Part shown: in pieces, positions 34,718 through 45,121 of the stretch
Layout of the letters: each line of letters starts with the position of its first letter
How positions within the stretch are numbered: position 1 is the first letter of the stretch
Source of the DNA: Octopus bimaculoides
Lineage: Eukaryota
Direction of reading: 5' to 3'
Assembly: GCF_001194135.2 (NCBI RefSeq)
Contig: NC_068989.1
Coordinates: 31,815,521 to 31,860,641 of the forward strand
Length of the DNA: 45,121 nt
Notes under the pieces: model-generated
Database searches by the model: none
What the model saw: only the letters and a program-made list of their open reading frames with translations
What the model was told of the DNA's origin: nothing
Made by a program: the position numbers and the translations under genes

Positions 34718-35157
34718 TTCCGAGCGAGATCGTTGCCAGTGCCCCTGAACTGGCTCTTGTGCGGGGCCGTCGTAGGATTTTCAAGCGAGATCATTACCGG
34801 TGCCCCTGGGCTGGCTCATGTGCGGGCGACACATGAAATCTTTCGAACGAGATCGTTGCCAGGGCCGTCGTGGGATTTTTGAGCGAGATCGTTGCCGGTG
34901 CCCCTGGGCTGGCTCATGTGCGGGCGACACATGAAATCTTTCCAGCAAGATCGTTGCCAGTGCCCCTGGACTGGCTCATGTGCGGGTGACACATGAAATG
35001 CAACATTTTGGGCGTGACCGTTGCCAGTGCCGCCTGGCTGGCCTTCGTGGGATTTTCGAGCGAGATCGTTGCCAGTGCCCCTGGACTGGCTCTTGTGAGG
35101 GTGAGATCGTTGCAGGTGCCCCCTGGACTGGCTCATGTGCGGGTGACACATGAAACC
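34718..35157 (+). repeat. Array of about eight 40-70 bp units derived from the RTE 3' UTR
   Basis: Repeated gagatcgttgccagtgcccctggactggctc(a/t)tgtgcggg with alternative tails gacacatgaaatc and ccgtcgtgggattt. Confidence 0.9.
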
Positions 35158-35159
35158 TT

Positions 35160-36105
35160 TTCATCATCATTGTTTAACGTCCACTTTCCATGCTAGCATG
35201 GGTTTGAGGATTTGACTGAGGACTGGCGAACCAGATGGCTGCACCAGGCTCCAATCTAATTTGGCAGAGTTTCTACAGCTGGATGCCTTTCCTAACGCCA
35301 ACCATTCAGAGAGTGTAGTGGGTACTTTTACATGTCACCCACACGAGGGCCAGTCAGGCGGTACTGGCAACGGCCACGCTCAAAATGGTGTCTTTTATGT
35401 GCCACCCACACAAGAGCCAGTCCAGGAGCACTGGCAACGATCTCGCTCGAAATTTCCTACGAAGGCCAGTCAGGCGGTACTGGCAACGGCCACACTCAAA
35501 ATGGTGCATCTTATGTGCCACCCGCACAAGAGCCAGTCCAGGGGCACTGGCAACGATCTCACTTGGCTTGCCAGGTCTTCTCACGCATAGCACATTTCCA
35601 AAGGTCTCGGTCAGTAGTCATCGCCTCGGTGAGGCTCAATGTTCGAAAGTCTTGCCTCACCACTTCAGCCCAGGTCTTCCTGGGCCGACCTCTTCCATGG
35701 GTTCCCTCAACTGTTAGGGTGTGGCACTTTTTCACGCAGCTATCCTCATCCATTCTCACCACATGTCCATACCAGCGCAATCGTCTCTCTTGCACACCAC
35801 AACTGATGCTTCTTGTGTTCAGCTTTTCTCTCAAGATACTTACACTCTGACGGGTATGCACACTGACATTACACATCCAACGGAGCATACTGGCTTCATT
35901 CCTTGTGAGCTTACGCATGTCCTCAGCAGTCACAGCCCATGTTTCACTGCCATGTAGCATGGCTGCTCGTACACATGCGTCATACAGTCTGCCTTTTACT
36001 CTGAGTGAGAGGCCCTTTGTCGCCAGCAGAGGTAAGGGCTCTCTCTAAACTTTGCCCAAGCTATTCTTATTCTAGCAGCTACACTTTCAGCGCACCCACC
36101 CCCAC
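35160..36105 (-). mobile_element. 5'-truncated RTE LINE
   Basis: ORF 35559-35960 MLHGSETWAVTAEDMRKLTRNEASMLRWMCNV...GRGRPRKTW; (CAT)n tail at 35160. Confidence 0.92.
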
Positions 36106-36140
36106 TACTAACTATATATATAGATGTACATGTAATATGT

Positions 36141-36173
<33 letters not shown>

Positions 36174-36235
36174 CATATACACACACACATATACATGCAT
36201 ACATATATATACCCATAGACACATACATATATACA

Positions 36236-36392
36236 TAGGTGCAGGTGTGGCTGTGTGGTAAGAAACTTGGTTCCAAAGCACATGGTCCTGGGTTCAGTCC
36301 CACAGTGTCGTGACTTGGCATGTGTCTTCTGCTATAGCCTCAGATCAACCAAAGCCTTATGAGTGGATTTTGTAGACAAAAACTGAAAGAAA
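36236..36392 (+). mobile_element. Long SINE, 5' half
   Basis: ggtgcaggtgtggctgtgtggtaagaaacttggttcc...gggttcagtcccac...aaactgaaagaa. Confidence 0.8.
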
Positions 36393-36430
36393 TATATATA
36401 TACACATATATATATATATATATGTGTGTG

Positions 36431-36503
<73 letters not shown>

Positions 36504-36561
36504 GTATATACATGTGTGTGTATATATATATATGTGTATATATATATATATGTATATGTAT

Positions 36562-36812
36562 GTATAAAGGATCATGGATAAGGCTAAAACAATATAAAGT
36601 AAATGCAAGGTAAAAAACCAGAAAACAAATATATGAATTAATGTAGACTTACCTTGTATTCAATATTTCGGGTTTTATTTTCTTGAAAATGCGGTCATAA
36701 CCCCGAAATATTGAATACGAGGTAAGTTTACTTTTATTCATATATTTGTTTTCTTGTGATTTACCTTGCATTTATTTCTCAGTGCTTTGGCCCTACCCAT
36801 GATCCTTTATAC
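36562..36812. repeat. ~250-bp fold-back (long imperfect palindrome), MITE-like
   Basis: gtataaaggatcatgg/ccatgatcctttatac, taaatgcaaggtaaa/tttaccttgcattta, gaaaacaaatatatgaat/attcatatatttgttttc and gtattcaatatttcggg/cccgaaatattgaatac pair around a ~25-nt loop. Confidence 0.9.
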
Positions 36813-38480
36813 TATATATTCTACACAATGCTTCATAGTAATTATTCCATTATAATGTATATATATGTGTGTGTGTTAAATAAAATGAGACAACAAAGCC
36901 AAGGTTGTGTGGAATTTTCAGGACATTTATAAAGAGAAAGTTAGTCTTAAAACTGTTTCTGTGAGATAATTAAATCGAGGGAAAGTATTAGAGTTCAATA
37001 TAAGGAGTTATTTTGGAAAAGGAAGGAAATATGGAGGATATAGGGAAATAGGAGAATGAATGTAAAAATAAAATACATAAAGATGTTATTGTTGCAATTC
37101 CATTCTCCAAGGAAAGTGGTGTGTAGAAGTGGTAGAAATGCTTCTTGTCTGTGGTATGTAAATTCCAATAGGAGTTCATATTTTGTCATTACAAATGGAA
37201 AGTGTAGATGTAGATTCCATGTGCTGTTCATTCAAATGGGTCTTGTGATGTGAATGAAAATTTGAGAATGTAGTGGTAGTATTAATTGGATAGAGAGGGA
37301 GAAGTGATATGTATGCTAAAATGAAGAGAGAGGTCAAAGGAAAAGGTGAGAAAAGAAGAAGGAAAGAAAGAGGAAGAGAAAATGAAACCAGGAAGAGAAA
37401 ATGAGGAAAAAACAGAAAGTGAAAAAAGGAGTGTTAGTTGGTGGTCAATATATTATGAGGGGGATGGGAGAGGAGTAGGAAGAGATAAGAATGTGAGTAT
37501 GGAATATATGTGAGGTAGGGTGATATGTTTCTTAATCAAGCTCACCTTCTAGCTAGGAATCTAACTAACCAAGCCCCACTAGAAATTAACATAATGCCTG
37601 TAAAACCCTTTATTTCTTTTGGGGACAAACTTTAGTACCAGGCCAGCCACTATAAATATAACAACAACCATAACAAATTATTTGACATTATTATGGGATC
37701 ATCTGACTCTGCCCAAGCCACGGACCTCGTTGAACTGTACATACTCCACCAGATCCAAATACATTTCCCTAACATCAAGGGAGGCCTCTACAGAGATGAT
37801 ACCTTACTAGTAACCAAGAGCATAAATAAATCCTCTTTAGAACGAACTAGGAAAGATCTACATAAATTTTTCTCTAGCTTCAACCTATCTATTACTTTTT
37901 AAAATTCTTACAAAACCACTAATTTTTTAGATGTAACTTTAAACTTAGAAACCACCCTATACTCCCTATATCATAAACCTAACCAATACCTTAAGTACTT
38001 AAACATTAATTCCAATCACCACAAATCCACCTTTGATAATACAATTAAGGATATCTCTCGTATATCTGACCTCTCATCCACTGAGGAAATATTTTATAAC
38101 CATGCCCCATATTACAGCTAAGCGCTCACTGCTAGCAAATAAAAACATCCAACAAATAAAATACATCCCTAACACTAGGCTCAAGCAACATATATCTCAA
38201 ATCATATCACAACAACATGCCAAACATCAGAATCACAACAGACCATACATACATTATACTAGAACCCCAGGAGAACCCAGATTAAGACAACTTAGACCCC
38301 ATATGCACACATATTACACCAGGTCCAAAGCTAAAACAGCTAACAATAACAGGCCATATTACCACCCTCTCATTTCTAAAAGTATAGATAACACTACACC
38401 TAATCAACCAAAAAAAAAAGTGGTGGACATCCCCGTTCTCACTAAATGTTAAGAACTTAGCTAAATCTTTTTTTAATATA

Positions 38481-39077
38481 CTGCTGCTCTACAAGAACAT
38501 ACTGTGTATTACAACTCTATCAGTTTTTGATTTCCTCCCATATCAGAATATACATATATTTGCTTTTTTTTTTACCAAATACTTTAACATTCTTAGCACT
38601 GTAGTACTATTCTCAGTACCCATTCTGTTTCTCTTGTTTCTATTTTTTAAATACACAATGCACTGAATAAAATAGTCCTAAATAAACAATGCTTGATATT
38701 GTATAAGGTGATCATGGCTGGACCAACTTTGAGTAGGCCAGAGTAGTTGTGACTGATGAAATAGAACAATGTTACAAAGTTCCCTTATGCTATTGAATCT
38801 AGTGTCTTATGAACACACATTTGTTGAAAGAAGTTGTTCTCCAATAATGAAATTAGTAATATTCACATTCAAATTTGCTGGACCATATTAAGAATGAAGA
38901 CATATATAAGCACATGCATTGCTGTGTGGTAAGAAGCTTCCCAACCACATGGTTCTGTGGACATTCCCACTGTGTGGAAGCTTGGGCAAGTGTTTTCTAC
39001 TATGGAAACTGCAAGAAGCTCATTGTATACACATATATATATTCATATAAAACTGTGTTTGTCTCACCACTAATTGA
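38481..39077. repeat. Inverted copy of 33504-34143 inside element D
   Basis: Direct comparison; junctions at ctgctgctctacaagaac and ctaattga. Confidence 0.92.
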
Positions 39078-39666
39078 GAACCTCACACATATTCCATACT
39101 TACATTATTATCTCTTCCTACTCCTCTCCCAATCCCCCCTCAGAATATCTTCACCATCAACTAACACTCCTTTTTTCACTTTTTTCACTTTGTTTTTTTC
39201 TCATTTTCTCTTCCTGTTTTCATTTTCTCTTCCTCATTTTTTCCTTCTTCCTTTCTCACCTTTTCCTTTGACCTTTCTCCTCATTTTAACATACACATCT
39301 CTTCTCCTTCATCTATCCATTTAATACTACCACTACATTCTAAAATTTTCATTCACATCACAAGGCCCATTTGAATGAACAGCACATGGAATCTACATCT
39401 CCACACTTTCCATTTGTAATGACAAAATATGAACTCCTATTGGAATTTACATACCACGGACAAGAAGCATTTCTACCACTTCTACACACCACTTTCCTTG
39501 GAGAATGGAATTGCAGCTATAACATCTTTATATATTCTTATTTTTACATTCATTCTCCTATTTCCCTATATCCTCCTTATTTCCTTCCTTTTCCAAAATA
39601 ATTCCTTATATTGAGATGGTTAAATAGAGGAAAATTAATATTTCCCTCTATTTAACCATTTCACAT

Positions 39667-39716
39667 CGTCTCTGAGGAAGAGGTATCCCTAATATCCTAG
39701 AAAGAGCTGTAAGACG
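39667..39716 (+). ncRNA. Hammerhead motif in the 3' arm of element D
   Basis: cgtct-CTGAGGA-agaggtatccctaatatccta-GAAA-g-agct-GTA-agacg; perfect 5-bp stem I; the other arm (~36945-36960) retains gaaac, giving consensus ACAGCTGT. Confidence 0.7.
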
Positions 39717-40372
39717 TAAGACTAACTTCCTCTTTATAAATGTCCTGAAAATTCCACACAGCCTTGGCTTTGTTGTGTCATTTTATTTAACATATGTAGG
39801 CTCATACAAGACCCGCATTAAACTCCTCACTCATATCGCTATCGAACCGAGAGTTTAACATAGCACTTATATAACATTACCTGCCACCTTGGGATTTCTG
39901 GATACCAATACTCTCATACCTTTGGNNNNNNNNNNNNNNNNNNNNNNNNNNNNNNNNNNNNNNNNNNNNNNNNNNNNNNNNNNNNNNNNNNNNNNNNNNN
40001 NNNNNNNNNNNNNNNNNNNNNNNNNNNNNNNNNNNNNNNNNNNNNNNNNNNNNNNNNNNNNNNNNNNNNNNNNNNNNNNNNNNNNNNNNNNNNNNNNNNN
40101 NNNNNNNNNNNNNNNNNNNNNNNNNNNNNNNNNNNNNNNNNNNNNNNNNNNNNNNNNNNNNNNNNNNNNNNNNNNNNNNNNNNNNNNNNNNNNNNNNNNN
40201 NNNNNNNNNNNNNNNNNNNNNNNNNNNNNNNNNNNNNNNNNNNNNNNNNNNNNNNNNNNNNNNNNNNNNNNNNNNNNNNNNNNNNNNNNNNNNNNNNNNN
40301 NNNNNNNNNNNNNNNNNNNNNGTATACGTATATATATATGTGTATATATATGTATATATATACACTAAACGC

Positions 40373-41620
40373 GGTAGATGGCCCTGCTCGATCTGTAGAA
40401 AAGGCGTAGGTAGAGATGCCACTATGAAAGGCTGCTTAATAAAGAGAATGAATTGGGGGAAGCGAGCCTGCCGCATGTCGACGCAACAGAGGGACCAACT
40501 ATCCTAATTGACAGTACCATGGTAGATAAAGCGATCAAGAGTATGATGACAGGGAAAACCCCCAGCCCATCAGGAATCACTGCAGAGATGCTCAAAATAT
40601 CTGGCAGTGTCGGCTATAGCCTAGTGACCCGTATAGTTAATCAGGTGATACACGAAGGAATTATACCCAATGACTGGTGTAGCAGCACCATAGTCAACTG
40701 CTACAAAGGTAAAGGTGACGCTCTAGACACAAACAATTACAGACGTATCAAGTTGTTGGACCAGGTAATGAAGGTCACCGAGTGGGTCATAGCCCAACAA
40801 ATTAGGGAGAGAGTAAGTTTAGATGAGATGCAGTTTGGGTTCGTTCCAGGAAAAAGCACTACTGATGCTATATTTCTGGTAAGACAGCTGCAGAAGAAAT
40901 ACCTAGCCAAAGATAAACCTCTGTACCTGACTTTCTTTGACATGGAGAAAGCTTTTGACAGGGTCCCCCGCTCCCTTATCTGGTGATCAATGAGGAAACT
41001 AGGGATAGATGAGTGGTTAGTGAAAGCTGTCCAAGCCATGTACAGGGACGCTGTCAGTAAGGTGAGGGTTGGCAATGAGTACAGTGAAGAATTCCGGGTA
41101 GAGGTAGGGGTCCACCAAGGTTCTGTCCTCAGCCCCCTCCTATTTATCATAGTCCTCCAGGCAATAACACAGGGATTCAAGACGGGATGCTCCTGGGAGC
41201 TCCTCTATGCTGATGACCTTGTCCTAATTGCTGAGTCACTATCAGAACTAGAGGAGAAGTTTCAGGTGTGGAAGCAAGGATTAGAATCGAAGGGCCTTCG
41301 AGTCAACTTAGCTAAAAGCAAAGTCCTAATAAGTAGGAAGGTAGACAAAGCACAAACCCCTTCAGGTAGATGGCCCTGCTCGATCTGTAGAAAAGGCGTA
41401 GGTAGAAACTCCATAAGATGTACCCAGTGTAAGCTATGGACACATAAGAGGTGCAACAATATCAAAGGACGGCTAACTAGTAAGATAGTTTTTGTATGTG
41501 GCAGATGCTCAGGAGCAATAAACACTGAGAATGTGCAGAAAACAACCTTTACCACACTCCAAGGTAAAAGACTAGAAGTAGTTGATAGCTTCCGCTACCT
41601 AGGTGACCAAGTTTGTAGCG
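40373..41620 (+). mobile_element. RTE LINE reverse transcriptase, relatively young (one stop at 40984-40986)
   Basis: KTPSPSGITAEMLK, NNYRRIKLL, QFGFVPGKSTTDAIF, FFDMEKAFDRVPR, GVHQGSVLSPLLF, LLYADD (41206-41217), FRYLGD. Confidence 0.95.
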
Positions 41621-41720
41621 NNNNNNNNNNNNNNNNNNNNNNNNNNNNNNNNNNNNNNNNNNNNNNNNNNNNNNNNNNNNNNNNNNNNNNNNNNNNNNNN
41701 NNNNNNNNNNNNNNNNNNNN

Positions 41721-42350
41721 TGTGGCCATATTGTTCGAATGGCAGATGAACGCATACCAAAACAGCTGTTTTATGGTGAGCTTGCAGAGCTTGCAGAGGG
41801 GAAACGCTATCAGTGTAAACCTAAAAAAAGGTTTAAGTACGGCATAAGGACTATTATGAAATTACTTGGAATGGTTCCAGAAAACATAGAAACCCTTGCT
41901 TTGGATCGAGTTGGATGTCGAACAAAGGTGTGGAGTGGAGTGAAAGCATTCGAAGAGGCCAGGATAAGTAATACTTAAAAGGAAGAATGTAACGATCGAG
42001 GTGAATGACAATGACCTTTTTGTGTGCACAGTATGTGACAGACTATGCCTGTCTTTTAAAACGAACCTCCACCAACTATTCTGCCTATATGTCTGTGCAC
42101 ATCTTTGGATGTAGTGTATTCCAGAAGGTTTGCAAATCCAGCGGAGGACTCAAAATTCATTTTAAGATCCACAAAGAGCAGAACCTATCTGTAGATCTTG
42201 GTGGTCCAAATCAGAGGTGCAATCTATGTGGGTGTCTTTTCAAAACAGTGTCTGGTTTAAAAAGCCACATCATGTGCCACGGTGGTGCTAGGGTGTAGGT
42301 ACAGGAGGTGGTCAAACTCTGCATAAAGAGTAAACAACAACCATATAAAC
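41721..42350 (+). mobile_element. 3' end of a different RTE-clade (BovB-like) LINE with C-terminal C2H2 fingers
   Basis: GHIVRMADERIPKQLFYGEL...KPKKRFK; CTVCDRLC; CSVFQKVCKSSGGLKIHFKIH; CNLCGCLFKTVSGLKSHIMCH. Confidence 0.8.
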
Positions 42351-42909
42351 ACACACACACATGTGTGTGTGTNNNNNNNNNNNNNNNNNNNNNNNNNNNN
42401 NNNNNNNNNNNNNNNNNNNNNNNNNNNNNNNNNNNNNNNNNNNNNNNNNNNNNNNNNNNNNNNNNNNNNNNNNNNNNNNNNNNNNNNNNNNNNNNNNNNN
42501 NNNNNNNNNNNNNNNNNNNNNNNNNNNNNNNNNNNNNNNNNNNNNNNNNNNNNNNNNNNNNNNNNNNNNNNNNNNNNNNNNNNNNNNNNNNNNNNNNNNN
42601 NNNNNNNNNNNNNNNNNNNNNNNNNNNNNNNNNNNNNNNNNNNNNNNNNNNNNNNNNNNNNNNNNNNNNNNNNNNNNNNNNNNNNNNNNNNNNNNNNNNN
42701 NNNNNNNNNNNNNNNNNNNNNNNNNNNNNNNNNNNNNNNNNNNNNNNNNNNNNNNNNNNNNNNNNNNNNNNNNNNNNNNNNNNNNNNNNNNNNNNNNNNN
42801 NNNNNNNNNNNNNNNNNNNNNNNNNNNNNNNNNNNNNNNNNNNNNNNNNNNNNNNNNNNNNNNNNNNNNNNNNNNNNNNNNNNNNNNNNNNNNNNNNNNN
42901 NNNNNNNNN

Positions 42910-42953
<44 letters not shown>

Positions 42954-43021
42954 CGTATATATATATTGATGTATATCTATCTATCTATCTATACATATTG
43001 TATTGCTGAGTTTGTGAGTGT

Positions 43022-43055
<34 letters not shown>

Positions 43056-43248
43056 TACATCTATAGAAATCCACACCTTACAAGATAGCAATCTGGGAGT
43101 CACACCAATGGATTCCTCATGGTCGAAAATGCCGGAATCGGCCATTTATTATTTCTTTTATTGCTTCCTAAGACGTGAATTTTTGTATTAAAAATAATTT
43201 TAAACCATAACTTATAACAATTTTAAAGTCAGAGCATGAGTTTAGTCC

Positions 43249-43445
43249 CCTTCTAGCGACGGTGTAAAGAGAGGAAGAGAGAGATAACAGATTTTTTAAA
43301 TTTCCTCTTTTTAGTGAGTGATACACAATATAAACGACCGTTTCTCCACAACTAATTTCCAAATTTGCTGAATCCGTTGCTCTACTCATAGCCATATATA
43401 GCTGGTCGTGCGTGAACATGGGAGAGAGCAGATGTTACCAGAGCA
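43249..43445 (-). mobile_element. Helitron 3' end (PIF1-like helicase C-terminus plus degenerate terminal hairpin)
   Basis: PMFTHDQLYMAMSRAT...VVYIVY matches the Helitron VFxHGQLYVAxSR...NIVY motif; ccgtc-gcta-gaagg hairpin at 43249-43262; no clean CTAG end. Confidence 0.7.
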
Positions 43446-43563
43446 AAAATCCTAAGTGTTCACTGTAGATACGATCCTTCGCAAACGATCACCTATTATT
43501 TTGTAAACAATGTTACGAAACTGTTTATGTTTTCGAATTATATATATATATATATATATATAT

Positions 43564-44236
43564 NNNNNNNNNNNNNNNNNNNNNNNNNNNNNNNNNNNNN
43601 NNNNNNNNNNNNNNNNNNNNNNNNNNNNNNNNNNNNNNNNNNNNNNNNNNNNNNNNNNNNNNNNNNNNNNNNNNNNNNNNNNNNNNNNNNNNNNNNNNNN
43701 NNNNNNNNNNNNNNNNNNNNNNNNNNNNNNNNNNNNNNNNNNNNNNNNNNNNNNNNNNNNNNNNNNNNNNNNNNNNNNNNNNNNNNNNNNNNNNNNNNNN
43801 NNNNNNNNNNNNNNNNNNNNNNNNNNNNNNNNNNNNNNNNNNNNNNNNNNNNNNNNNNNNNNNNNNNNNNNNNNNNNNNNNNNNNNNNNNNNNNNNNNNN
43901 NNNNNNNNNNNNNNNNNNNNNNNNNNNNNNNNNNNNNNNNNNNNNNNNNNNNNNNNNNNNNNNNNNNNNNNNNNNNNNNNNNNNNNNNNNNNNNNNNNNN
44001 NNNNNNNNNNNNNNNNNNNNNNNNNNNNNNNNNNNNNNNNNNNNNNNNNNNNNNNNNNNNNNNNNNNNNNNNNNNNNNNNNNNNNNNNNNNNNNNNNNNN
44101 NNNNNNNNNNNNNNNNNNNNNNNNNNNNNNNNNNNNNNNNNNNNNNNNNNNNNNNNNNNNNNNNNNNNNNNNNNNNNNNNNNNNNNNNNNNNNNNNNNNN
44201 NNNNNNNNNNNNNNNNNNNNNNNNNNNNNNNNNNNN
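43564..44236. other. Assembly gap; others at 4361-4370, 4967-5338, 6170-6228, 7162-7450, 8869-9106, 23224-23323, 39926-40321, 41621-41720 and 42373-42910
   Basis: N runs, mostly flanked by microsatellites or repeats. Confidence 1.
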
Positions 44237-45087
44237 CATGAAGTGGATTCGATCCACCATAGCCAAATTTAAATTAACACTGCGACAGAGCTTTTCCCAC
44301 GGTGGAACAATAGTTTTTCTCTGACAACAGTTTAATATTTTCCAGATGCCTTTAGCTAGGCCGAAACAATGTCTTCACAACTTGACCCTTTCTAACCTTT
44401 CCTATATCATCAAAAGCTAGAATAGAGATAACAAGACCACCAACTAAATCTATTGTTCTCAATAATATATCTATCTTTCTAAATCGTTATAAACGCATGG
44501 AAACCCCAAGAAAAATTTAGTTTAGTCACCAGTCGGTGACGGCTCAACCAGTAGTAGTCACTTAGTGACAACAGAGCGAAGTAACTAATGACAACTCAAT
44601 TATTTAGTGAACGGACATCTAGAGTCATGGTCACAAGCAGGCAGCCACTAAAAGACAAACAGCCAGAGGGAGAAAGAAGGTTACAACCAGCCAACTATGA
44701 GACACAACTCCCCTCGACTCTATAACTTTCACTAGCTCACTTTATTTTCTCTGTAACATTACCATACCTCTGTCTATAGACTGCTACAAGATCGTGTACA
44801 CACATATACAGGCCGAAATTAACTTTCTTTAATTTACATGCTTTACGAACTGTGTTATAGTATTACACTAACCTACCCGTCGTGGTATGGCATTTATTAA
44901 AGTAACGATAAATAAATATTTCTTTACAACTTCGATCACTGTTCATCGTTCATCATACAACTGTTACAATTGGTAACTACACAAAATCATCATCGCTACA
45001 AACAAATTATTATTGTACAATTGGTAACCTCCGACTCTAACATTTATCGTTGCAATTGGTGACCCTCCGACTCAAAAACCTTATTGT

Positions 45088-45121
<34 letters not shown>

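Larger units (their letters stand above)
36874..39792 (+). mobile_element. Penelope-like element D: inverted terminal arms, RT core, endonuclease region replaced by captured DNA
   Basis: 36874-37516 is the reverse complement of 39080-39792; RT FDIIMGSSDSAQATDLVELYIL...GGLYRDD...TTNFLDVTLNL...SPYHKPN at ~37660-38050. Confidence 0.85.

Noticed and set aside
40990-41978. One continuous RTE ORF across the 100-N gap
   Set aside because: The C-terminus after the gap (MADERIPKQLFYGEL) differs from that of the family before it (seen at 26131 and 35559), so these are two elements
42308-44324. Long ORFs made of X runs (also 4920-5421, 7054-7527, 8702-9272, 39877-40476)
   Set aside because: Artefacts of translating N gaps
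44341-44376. gcct/aggc stem followed by GAAAC-aat-GTC
   Set aside because: CUGANGA core and stem I not recognisable
44480-45085. CpG-retaining stretch as an LTR or promoter
   Set aside because: No TG...CA pair, PBS/PPT or partner repeat in the window; cannot be classified

Overview
AT-rich, gapped animal genomic DNA. The repeat families (ATC-tailed RTE LINEs, tRNA-derived SINEs, long (TA)n runs) look like Octopus, which is inferred from recognition and not from a search. The only credible host gene is an intact CCA-adding enzyme (TRNT1, 27716-29068, +). Its CDS has no introns and sits behind a textbook 3' splice site, with a mitochondrial-type presequence, a second in-frame ATG, and a uORF whose stop overlaps the first ATG (TAATG). 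The rest is decayed mobile DNA: RTE LINEs, SINEs (two nested insertions), two mariner derivatives, a Tigger/pogo element, a Gypsy gag-protease relic, an R2-like RT/RLE relic, a Helitron end, a TTAA MITE and four Penelope-like elements, each with an inverted copy of its 3' repeat at the 5' end. The strongest unannotated signal is 11 hammerhead-ribozyme-like motifs (CUGANGA...GAAA...NUH, palindromic stem III) from about eight sequence-unrelated families. Most lie in the Penelope terminal repeats and several are decayed. Penelope hammerheads are a known class, so what may be new is their diversity and density here. No CRISPR, rRNA or true tRNA gene was seen. All folds and identities were judged by eye.
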